DNA of 64,000 nucleotides from assembly GCA_033764315.1 (NCBI GenBank), contig JANRJA010000041.1, positions 1-64,000 of the forward strand, in the 5' to 3' direction. The number at the start of each line of letters is the position of its first letter. The first letter of the stretch is position 1. Below the pieces are notes generated by a model. That model searched no databases and was not told where the DNA came from. It saw only the letters and a list, made by a program, of their open reading frames with translations. Shown here one piece after another: positions 28,664 through 39,000 of the stretch. Made by a program: the position numbers and the translations under genes. This stretch comes from Oculatellaceae cyanobacterium bins.114 (GTDB lineage: Bacteria; Cyanobacteriota; Cyanobacteriia; Elainellales; Elainellaceae).

Positions 28664-29977
28664 TTAAACTTTTCTGATCTTGAGGCTCTCTAAATAAGCA
28701 GCAGGGTTTTCAGGATCAAAGGTGACACCATCAAAGAAGGTTTCTACTCCGCGTGAAGTGCTGGCAGGAATCGCGGCTTCTTGCCCGATCGCTTTTGCCG
28801 CTTCCCGCCACAGGTCTTCCCGGTTCACTTTGTCTACTAGAGCCTGAGCATCAGTGCCAGCGGGAATGTAACCCCAGCGCATATCCTCGGTCACAAACCA
28901 GAGGTCGTGGCTCTTAAAGGGATAGGACGCTGCATCATTCCAGAACTTCATCACATAAGGACTATTCTCTTCGACCCGACCATCACCAAAATCAATCTTG
29001 CCCTTCAAGCGATCTTGAATGTCAGTTGCAGGTACCCCAAACCAAGCCCGCTTCGACACGATTTCCACCATCTCATCTTTGTTTTGCTCACACCAGATTT
29101 GGGCTTCCTGCACCGCTTTGATTAAGGCTAGGGCCGCTTTAGGATGTTGGTCTACCCAATCGGCTCGCATGGCAAACGCCTTCTCAGGGTGATCTTTCCA
29201 GATCTGACCCGTGGTCAGGGCAGAATAGCCAATGTTTTGGTTGACCAACTGAGCATTCCAGGGTTCACCGACACAGAAGGCATCCATCGTGCCCGTCTTC
29301 ATGTTGGCGACCATCTGAGGTGGGGGCACCACAATCGTTGACACATCGCTATTAGGGTTAATTCCACCCGCGGCTAACCAATAGCGCATCCACAAGTCGT
29401 GCGTTCCACCGGGGAAGGTGACAGCAAACTTCATCTGGTTGCCTCCAGACTTAGCCTCATCCACCTTTGCTCGCAATAGGGAGCTGTCCATTTGAATGCC
29501 CAAATCTTTGTAAGCATTCGCGACAGAAATGGCCTGTCCGTTGGTGTTTAACCGTGCCAGAATATACATCGGCACTTTTTTGCCATCGGTAACTAACCCT
29601 TCGGTAATCAAGTAGGGCATGGGACTGAGAATGTGTGCCCCATCAATGCCGCCGCCCGCAGAACCCAACACAATATTGTCACGGGTGGTGCCCCAAGAGG
29701 CTTGCTTCACCACTTGCACATCGGGCATCCCATACTTCTCAAAAAAGCCCTTTTCTTTAGCAATAATCAAAGGAGCTGAATCGGTGAGGGCGATAAATCC
29801 CAAGGTGGCAGTAGTGACTTCAGGAGCATCGGCTGATGCGATCGGAGATGGAGATGCGGCATCTGGAGAAGATGAGGAGGTACTTTCAGAGGGAGTGCTA
29901 CATCCGTTCATCAGCAGTGTTCCTGCTGCGGTTGCTCCTGCGGTGATGATGAATTGCCGTCTAGAAAATTTAGCCAT
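28664..29977 (-). CDS. nrtA: Nitrate/nitrite-binding lipoprotein
   Basis: FSRRQF..NGC signal; GFIALTDSAPL, TFPGGTHDLW, CVGEPW; downstream of nirA. Confidence 0.96.
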   Translation of the reverse strand: MAKFSRRQFIITAGATAAGTLLMNGCSTPSESTSSSSPDAASPSPIASADAPEVTTATLGFIALTDSAPLIIAKEKGFFEKYGMPDVQVVKQASWGTTRDNIVLGSAGGGIDGAHILSPMPYLITEGLVTDGKKVPMYILARLNTNGQAISVANAYKDLGIQMDSSLLRAKVDEAKSGGNQMKFAVTFPGGTHDLWMRYWLAAGGINPNSDVSTIVVPPPQMVANMKTGTMDAFCVGEPWNAQLVNQNIGYSALTTGQIWKDHPEKAFAMRADWVDQHPKAALALIKAVQEAQIWCEQNKDEMVEIVSKRAWFGVPATDIQDRLKGKIDFGDGRVEENSPYVMKFWNDAASYPFKSHDLWFVTEDMRWGYIPAGTDAQALVDKVNREDLWREAAKAIGQEAAIPASTSRGVETFFDGVTFDPENPAAYLESLKIRKV

Positions 29978-30245
29978 AATGACGCCCTAAAAATGTTGAG
30001 TAACAGTTGAACAATTGAAGATTGTGAGCCGTTTGATTTCACCCAATTGAGTGAATTAAACGTTGAAACAAACGATGTAGCCGAGTGATGCAAACAGTGC
30101 TGAGTGAGAGTTGGTCAAGTAAAAGCCAGTCCAGTGAGAGCTATGTGAGCAATAGCCGTTAGAGTAGGGGTAAAGCGATCGCTAGAGAGAGGGTGCTCAA
30201 GATCCAAAGCTGATTGCTCGACCGCTTTACCCGTAACCATCTAGG

Positions 30246-31802
30246 TCATGATGTCAGGGACACAGGTTCCTCCTTCAGTCGTCCATTGAAATGTTGAATC
30301 AGCAAATCGCGTAAGACGGGCTTTAACTCATTGCAAGGCACTGCTTTTTGAACACAGGTGCCTAACACCGCTTCTTTGCCGACTTTACCGCCCATGTAGA
30401 TATCAACCGCTTCTAGCGTTTGCCCATCTTTGCGAGTTTTAGTGCCCATTAAGCCGATATCTGCCACTTGGGGCTGCCCACACGAGTTAGGGCAACCTGT
30501 CCAGTGAATTCGCACAGGGCGAGGACAGTGCACTTCTTTTTCCAGTTCTTGAATCAGCGCGATCGCCCGATTTTTGGTTTCAATGAGGGCAAAGTTGCAA
30601 AATTGAGCACCTGTACAGGAGACCAGTGCCCGACTCAAGTTGTCTGGATGGGTTGAAAACCGTTGTACCAGCGGTTCCTTTAGCAGGGGCGCAATGCGAG
30701 AGTCAGGCACATTAGGAATAATGATGTTTTGTTCAACAGTCAGGCGCAACTCACCACTGCCATAAACATCTGCCATTCGTGCCAGATCAAACATATCGGG
30801 GGCATAGAGACGACCCACGGGAACATGGAGTCCAACGTAATTTAACCCTGGTTGTTTTTGAGCGTGGATACCAATGTGATCGCGTTTATCCCACACAATT
30901 TCATCTTTGGGTGCAGCGGTTTGGAGGGGATACCCCAACTGTTGCTCCACTGCTGCTCGAAACGGCTCAATACCCCACTCGTCAATTAACCACATCAGTC
31001 GCGCTTTTTGCCGATTGGCTCGCAGTCCATGATTGCGATAGACCAGCAAAATGGCTTCGCACAATGCCACTACATCACGAGGGTTGACCCAGGCATTCAG
31101 AGGAATAGCTGCTTCGCAGCGTTTGGCAGAGAAAAATCCGCCTACTAAAACGTTGAAGCCTAAGACGCCTTCTTTAAAGGCAGGCACAAAGGCTACATCG
31201 TTGATCTCGGCGTGAACAGAGTTATCTCGACATCCAGCGATCGCGATGTTGAACTTGCGCGGTAGGTTAGTAAATGACGGGTTGCCCTCGCCATTGTTGG
31301 TGATCATGTCTTGCACTTTGCGGATAATGCCACGAGTATCAAGTAACTCATCCGCATCAATTCCGGCGACGGGGGAGCCTGTGATGTTGCGAACGTTGTC
31401 CATGCCCGACTGAATGCTTGTCAATCCGGCCTGCTCAAATTTAGAGAAGATGGTGGGAATATCTTCTAGCCGAATGCCCCGCAGTTGAATGTTTTGGCGA
31501 GTAGTAATGTCAGCACTGCCCTCTTCGCCATAGCGTTGCACTACTTCCGCCAGCACTCGCATTTGCCCGCTCGTGAGAATGCCGCTCGGCATCCGCATCC
31601 GTAACATGAATTTGCCCGGTGTAACGGGACGAAAAAAGATTCCCATCCATTTCAAACGGTGGTCGCGATCGATCTCATCCATCGCTTCCCAGCCCATCTG
31701 GGCAACGGTTTCCAGGTCAGCTTTAAGGGCTAAACCATCCTTCTCCGCTTTAAACTTTTCAAATTTGTTAAGACTTGATGACGTAGGCAGGGTGCTTGTC
31801 AT
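30246..31802 (-). CDS. nirA: Ferredoxin-nitrite reductase
   Basis: TTRQNIQ, LPRKFN, CTGAQFC and TGCPNSC siroheme/4Fe-4S ligands. Confidence 0.97.
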   Translation of the reverse strand: MTSTLPTSSSLNKFEKFKAEKDGLALKADLETVAQMGWEAMDEIDRDHRLKWMGIFFRPVTPGKFMLRMRMPSGILTSGQMRVLAEVVQRYGEEGSADITTRQNIQLRGIRLEDIPTIFSKFEQAGLTSIQSGMDNVRNITGSPVAGIDADELLDTRGIIRKVQDMITNNGEGNPSFTNLPRKFNIAIAGCRDNSVHAEINDVAFVPAFKEGVLGFNVLVGGFFSAKRCEAAIPLNAWVNPRDVVALCEAILLVYRNHGLRANRQKARLMWLIDEWGIEPFRAAVEQQLGYPLQTAAPKDEIVWDKRDHIGIHAQKQPGLNYVGLHVPVGRLYAPDMFDLARMADVYGSGELRLTVEQNIIIPNVPDSRIAPLLKEPLVQRFSTHPDNLSRALVSCTGAQFCNFALIETKNRAIALIQELEKEVHCPRPVRIHWTGCPNSCGQPQVADIGLMGTKTRKDGQTLEAVDIYMGGKVGKEAVLGTCVQKAVPCNELKPVLRDLLIQHFNGRLKEEPVSLTS

Positions 31803-31950
31803 AAACTATCCTTAAGCGGACTCAACCAGGAGCCGCTACGACGCTGTACTAAGACTGGGTCTGAAACTTCTATGCCAATCGGGTATGAAGGCAACTGGGT
31901 GGGTTGAATTGTGAGTTGCTTTCACCGCGATCGCTTGCTTTATGTTGCTT

Positions 31951-31992
31951 ACGTTAAGCGGATAAACCAGTCAAATTCGTATATTCAGTCAC
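31951..31992 (-). promoter_or_regulatory. NtcA-activated nirA promoter
   Basis: Minus strand GTG-ACTGAATA-TAC (31992-31979), 22-nt spacer, then TAACGT (TAN3T, 31956-31951). Confidence 0.85.
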
Positions 31993-32007
31993 AAAACCGC
32001 TTAAATT

Positions 32008-32044
32008 ATGCGTTTTATGCATAGATTAAATGCGTTAAACGCAT
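32008..32044. promoter_or_regulatory. Two NtcB (LysR) boxes
   Basis: ATGC-GTTTTAT-GCAT (32008-32022) and ATGC-GTTAAAC-GCAT (32030-32044). Confidence 0.8.
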
Positions 32045-32144
32045 TTTCATACCCTCTTGAAGCGTTGAGATGGGACGCTCTATAAAAAATTGTTTTTTTA
32101 CTTGAAAAATTATTCAATGTACGCGATGTGCAATTTAGGGGTTT

Positions 32145-32210
32145 AGATCCCCGGTTTATAGGGATGTAACAGGCACCTGTTAGTCAACTCCAACAAGAAA
32201 CCGGGGATCT
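32145..32210. repeat. MITE-like inverted-repeat element
   Basis: agatccccggttt / aaaccggggatct 13-bp terminal inverted repeat with inner hairpin taacagg/cctgtta. Confidence 0.7.
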
Positions 32211-32594
32211 GGAATATAGATCCCACTAAGCTCTCTAAGAAGGCAAAATCTTTTAATTAGACCGTTGCCGCATGTTTTGACAAGAGCCTTGATCTGGTCA
32301 AGAGTGACCAGATGTGACTGACCTGAGTGCCTTACTGAAGATTGTGCAGCTACCTATCTTGCTCTCGCGGGCGAAATGCTGACCAGAGATGGTTGTCAAA
32401 TCTCAGCTAAAGTCTATAGGCTTGAAACCGTTTCAATAAGGACGATTCAGCCAAATTAGCAGGTGGTTTGGCAATTGGTAGTCCTTAACAAGCAAGGATA
32501 TGCCCCGTTATGCGAGCACATCCTTACTCCAAGCATCCTTACTCCAAAATCATGTTTTTAGAGCACTAATTAAGAAATGACGATGTCTCGATCA

Positions 32595-32651
32595 CATCGA
32601 TTGTATCTCAAACCATCGACTGTATCTCAAACCATCGATTGTATCTCAAAC
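32595..32651. repeat. 19-bp tandem repeat x3
   Basis: catcgattgtatctcaaac, catcgactgtatctcaaac, catcgattgtatctcaaac. Confidence 0.9.
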
Positions 32652-33053
32652 CGTCAACTTGCTTTATCAAATACTGTGCTCAATGTAAGCTGATGAGGAA
32701 TTCACCTTGAAATTGTAATTACTAACATCAGCACGATATCTGCATATTAAATGTAAATCAAACGTATAGGTTGCTGATAGACGATCTTGAGTTCCATAGA
32801 TCCAGAAGAATAAGTTGCATAAAAAAATAACTCACTTAATTTGATGGATAAAACCTTCATTAAACGTAATACCAATAGCGAGAGTTTTATGAAACTCAAT
32901 GTCATTCAGGTGCTTTAAATGTATTTGAAGACATTGCTCATGATCTTAAGAATCTCATTAGATTTTTAGGGTTGATTTCAGTGAATCAGCTTCTAAACTC
33001 ATTTTCAGGGATGTCCAAACGAATTGTCTTTGTGATTATTGGGAGAGCTTTCA

Positions 33054-36000
33054 ATGATGTCGATTGACCTTCAGGTTGCTACTCGTGAAGTATTTGAACG
33101 GTTTCGGGAAACCTACCCCGAATTGGGGTCTATCACCGCGATCGCTGCACAGAGTGAAGATAGCTTTGTCAACGCCCATATTGATAAGTTTGAAGGCGGT
33201 TCACGAGAGGCCCGACAGGTTTATCGATTAGCGGTCAATCTTAAACAAAAAGCAGATTTTCTCTGGCTCAATATTCAAGATGTTTTTGCGGCTCATCTGC
33301 AACAGACACTGTTTAATAACTTACCCACTGATCTACCCGATACATTTATTAGTCACCAGGCTGAAATTCCTGCTTATAAACGGTTATTTGGTGGGTTTGA
33401 TGTTATTGAGCAAGAGCACTGCCGATCCATTTTTGGTCCGGCTGCTTATTTTGTTGATTTGCTGCGATTTATTGAAGCCAATATCACACAAAAGCTAAGT
33501 TCAATTCCGGCTGCTTGTCAGCTCAATTGGCGTCGTCCTGACCTCTCACGCATTCGGTTAGATTGCAATAATGCCCATGAATTAATTCCCTATGTTGAGT
33601 TAGTCAATGAGTTATTAGAAACCTTTGTTAAAACGATTGAAACAGCGGATCAAGATGCCTATGAAATCCTCAAAAAAGAGGTGTTTCCGATGCATCTTCC
33701 CTATCATTTACCACTTGATGAAATTCGGAGTTATTTAAAGCAACTAAAGACCAGTCTATATCAGATTTATCGCATATTTGAGCGATCGCCTCAGACAGGA
33801 AGTAACACCACGTCACCCAACACTGGATTTCAGGAGCGAATGACGGGTGAAGCACTAGAGCTATCTCCAGAAGAATTTAGTTTGTTGGTTTCAGAGCTAG
33901 CTGCTCCCTTACAGGTCTATGGGGACGTACCGCTAACGGGCCGTGAGGGTCTAGAAAATATCGATGTATTTTTGGAGCAGACAGAATTAACCCGCAAAGA
34001 ACTGAATCAATTACTGTTTCAAGATCTCGATCGCCACGAAATCAATGCTGGATTGTCCCGCTTATTTTTCATCAACAATGTTAATGACGGGTTGGGCTAT
34101 TTAACCATTGCTGTGGCTGACAGTAACGCTGCAATTACTGCTGTAAATGCTGTTGCGAGTACTGCTGAAACCAATGACTATGACAAACTGCTAAACCTCA
34201 GTCTGGCAAAGCTCGATCGCATCTATCGGTTTCTCAAACTAGCCCGCAAGCTGAATTGGTCTTTTGCCGATCTTGATTGGGCATTGCGATCGCTCCATAC
34301 ACCTTACATTCCTGAAACTGCCCTCTTGTTTGATGGGGTCAACGATTATGTTGAGTGCCGTGATGTCCACAACCTCGATCTGAGTGAGTTTACCCTTGAA
34401 GCGTGGATCAACCCCACTGAGCCAGGGCGCAACGTCATTATCAGCAAGGGTAATGAGGCAGAGCATCAACTCCACTTTATGGTGTGGGTAGACTCGGCAA
34501 ATCGCTTGGCGTTTTATGGCAAGTTGTCTACCCCAGGAGACATTGAAATTAAAAGTCTCTCGACTATTCCGGTTGGGGTGTTTACTCATGTAGCTGTCGT
34601 GGTGGATGAGTATTACGGAACGATTTGCCTGTTCATCAATGGCGACCTGGTTAATATAGACGTCGATATTAACGAACCCCCTGATACTGAGGCTAGCAGC
34701 CCGATTGAGCAAAAAGATGTGCAAGTTGCTCGATTAGGAAACCGAAAGATTGTCTCGGTTGGGGATGATCTCTACATTGGGCGAGATCTGTATGACGAAC
34801 ACTTTACAGGCATTATCAAAGAAGTACGCATTTGGTCAAATAGTCGGAGCCAACTGGAAATCCAGGAATATCGGTATCGCCGCCTCACCGGGCAAGAACA
34901 GCGTCTGGTCGCCTATTGGGCCTTGACCGAAACCCCCTCTAACACGCTGTTAGATTTGACACCCAATGAAAATCATGGGGTTATGGGAGGCGCACAATTT
35001 TCGACACAACCAAAATGGGTGCAACGCGATTTAGTGTTAGATGCTCTTTCGGCAGGTCAGGGATTGCGGCTGAATGGTGTGGATGACTACCTGGCGGCTA
35101 AGGGAGTGAACTATGGCGATCTCAAAGAAGTTACCTTAGAAGTCTGGATTAAGCTGGAAGCCCGCTCTGAGAAAAACACGATTTTGTTTAAGGGTAATAA
35201 AGCCACAGGGCAGTCTCAGTTTGCCGTGTGGATCAATGCTGATGGCAAACTGGTGTTTCAGAGTGATTCACTGGCAAAACCCTACACCAGTGAAGACTCG
35301 ATCCCCCTGGGGGAACTGACCCACATTGCCCTTGCGCTTGACCAAGAGGGCACTTCTAGAAAGCAAATTTTGAAAATCTATTTCAATGGCATTTTGGATG
35401 TGCAAATTTATGTTGATCCGGCTGACCCAGATATTTTGCCAGTGACGGCTCAAGAGGGCGATCGCGCCAATAGTTATTTGCTAGTAGGGCGCAGCGTTGA
35501 GGGAGCATACTTTAACGGTGTCATTCGCGAACTGCGGATCTGGAATCAAGCCCGCACGAAAGACCAAATTGCGTTGTATCTCTATCGTCCGATCTCGGCT
35601 GGAGAAGCCGGATTGATTGGCTATTGGCGACTGGATGAGATCGACATTAGCCCAGACAGCATTGCCCCTGATCTGGTGACTGGAGTGCGACATCCGCTCA
35701 TGTTGGGAGGAATCGCCCCAGATCATGCACCCGATCGCATTACACTGAGCGATCGCCTCTTGCCTCCCTTGCCCATTGCTGTCTCTGGAACGGTACTGCA
35801 GTTTGATGGAGATAACGATGTAATCGTAATCCACGAAGCTAAACGAGCTGATCAGCACAATTCAAAACGCTGGGGTTTGGGGCAATACGATCGCTTTACG
35901 CTAGAGTTTTGGTTTAATGCTCAAGAACAAGCCCTGAGCGATCGCCAACAGGTGTTGTTTAGTCAGGGTGATGCTGAGGCCGGGTTGAGTGTTTATCTGT

Positions 36001-39000
36001 TGCAACATCGGCTGCATGTGTTGGTGTGGACTAATAACTTTGAGGGCAATGCCTTACAGCAGTCTCTGTTTAAGTCTGAGCCGATTACCTATCACCAGTG
36101 GTATCATTTGGCGATCGCTCAGGATGAGTTTCCCACCCCCAATGGTCCTGATGCCCGACCGTTGCCGCTGGAACCGATCGAACTGCGGGTTTATCTCAAT
36201 GGCAACCTATTGCCAACTCCCTCTGGCACCCAAACAGCCCTGGGATTTCGCTTGAGTCCAGTGGGGGTTGCCTATCTGGGAGGACTGGGTGAACGGGGCA
36301 TCACCAAATTTGAAGACGCTTATTCAGCGATCGAAGTTGAACATCTCTATTTCTTTTCAGGGCAAATTACCGATCTGCGGCTGTGGAAGATTGCTAAAAC
36401 AGCAGCCCAGATTGAGAGCGATCGCCACGTTGCCCCAACAACATCTCCCGATCTGGTTGCTTATTTTCCCACGACAGAGACGCAGGGAAATGAAATAAAG
36501 GACTGCACCGAAAATCTGGCTAATGTTGATGTGGGTACTCTGCAATCCCGCAATATTGCCTTTGTGACCAATGGCAGCGGCATCGAGTTAGAAAATACGT
36601 TTTCTCATTACGTTACACCAACGGTTTTAACCTGGTCTAACTACATCTACACGGGCAGGATCTACATCGACAGTGAGGCGGCGGCAATTGGGGTGACGTT
36701 TTTGAGCCAATATCCCAATCATGAGGCTCGGTTTTATCGATTGCAGCGACATGCCCAGAGACCTCAGTTTCACCTGGTGGCTCACACCTACGGTTTTCAA
36801 CCCCTCACCCTGGTTAAAGAAGTCGAGGTGATTCCTCAACCCAATACCTGGTATCGCTTCCGAGTTCGAGTAGAGGATATTAACAATCAGACCGAGATTA
36901 AGGTACAGATTTGGGAGGATGAGCTAGACAACATTGAGCCTCCGGAAGACGCCTTTCAACTACAGGCGATCGACACCAGTAGCTATCGGTTGACTCAAGG
37001 AACGGTTGGAGTGTGGGCCTTTGGCGACGGTAAAAAGCGATTTGATCGGCTCAAGGTAGAGCGCATTGCTCCGATCGGCTTGTTAGGGGAGACGCTGTTA
37101 ACCGACAGCAATTTTGAGCCGTATGATCCCCCAACTGACCCAAGCGGATGGAATCACACCAGCGATCGCATCGACTTTCAACAGAACGCCCTGTTGTTTA
37201 AATCGGTAACGCTGGATGGTAATCAGGTGCTGAGGACAGATCAAACGCTGGAAAACATGCAGTCTTTTTATGATCTGCCAGAGGCGTTGACCTGGAGCAA
37301 CTATGTCTACACGGGCAAGATTCGCTTTACAGCAACTGACAGTGGAGCCGGGGTGAGTGTGCTGAGTCGCTATCCTGATGGCAAAGACCAGTGCTATCGC
37401 TTGCAGCGCGATCGCCTCAAGTCTAAGTTTTACTTAGATGCCCGTCCTTATGGCATACAACCGATAACAGGGACGGTTGAATCAGGGGTCGAGTCGCGTC
37501 CAGAGGTGTGGTATCGCTTTCGCATTGAGGTGCGAAATACAGAAACGACTACCTCCATCAAAGCCAGAGTTTGGGAAGCAGGCACCAACGAACCTACGAC
37601 CTTCCAGATGGATGTGACAGACACCAGCCCAATTCGCATTCAGTCTGGCACAGTGGGGGTGTGGGCAAGTGACAGTGGTTCTAAATACTTTGATGAGTTA
37701 CAGGTTGTCTTCTTACCCAATATCTTACTAGAGGAAAATTTCGCGCAATATTCCCTGAATCAAGACCCTGACTTTTGGGTAGACACCAGCACTCGCATCA
37801 ACTTTGACGAAGTGACACCCCTGTTTAAGGCAGTGGCTGATCCGACTGACGCCGGAAACATCGTGTTGGGCTTCACCGAAACGGGCGATCGCGAACTCAA
37901 CAGTGCCTATTCCCATTACGCCAAACCCACCGAAAATCCAACCGTTCTCACCTGGACAAACTACATCTACACAGGCAGATTCTATGTGGCTGATCTGACT
38001 GGCAGTATCGGTGTAACGGTGTTGAGTCAGTTTCCAAATCGGCAAGAGCGGTGTTATCGCTTGGGGTATGACGGCAATTTCTCCACCACGTTCCAGGTTG
38101 TCAGCGTCATTCCCGGTGATATTGCCTCCTTGAGTGGCAAAAGTGACTCTGGTGTTGTGGCTCAAGCCAATACCTGGTTCCGTTTTCGCATTGAAGTCGA
38201 GAGCAACGACACGGCAAACCAGACTCGGATTCGAGCCCGAATTTGGCAACATGGCACTCCAGAACCACAGGTGTTCCAGATCGATGCCTTTGAGGCGGGC
38301 GATCAACGACTCAAAGCTGGCACAGTTGGCATTTGGGTCGCCGACTTGGGGCTAAAACTATTTGATGATCTGCGAGTGCAACGACGCATTCTCTATAGCA
38401 CTAACTTTGGAACAACCCCCGTCGGGCAGTTGCCGCCCGATTGGCAGATTACTAAAGGCAATCGAGCATTTAAAGTGGTTGAGGTAGCGGGTAATCGGGT
38501 ACTCAGCACTGAGCAAGGACAGTCAAACGAGATTCATGCTCATTTGAGAAGTCCAGAAACGCTAACTTGGAGCCATTACACTTACACCGGACGGTTCTAT
38601 ATTGATTCTCCCTCTGAAATAGAGGCGGGTAAATCCATTGCCAAAGGAGGGGGGATTGGAGTCTCCTTCTTTAGCCGCTACACCGCGACTGAAACCAATT
38701 CACTCAATCGCAATCGCTATTACCGGATGCGAGTGGGAGCCGCCACTGGAGAGAGAACCTTTGGCTTGAGAGCTGACCCAGGAGGTGTGACCAGTGATAC
38801 AAATCAACGAGATACTAACATCCGAGTTGAAGTCAAAACCTGGTATCGCTTTCAAGTAGAGGTATACAACACGGCAACTCGAACTGAGATGCAAGCCAAA
38901 GTTTGGAAAGAAAGCGATCCCATGCCTGAAGCGTTTCAGATGGAGGGGTATGACGACAGCACCCCCAATCTGGCTCAAAAACTGCCGGGACGAGTCACCT

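Noticed and set aside
24622-29977. cmpABCD or cyanate transporter identity
   Set aside because: Position between nirA and narB under an NtcA/NtcB promoter supports nrtABCD.
32595-32651. 19-bp repeats as a CRISPR array
   Set aside because: Abutting copies with no spacers and no cas genes.
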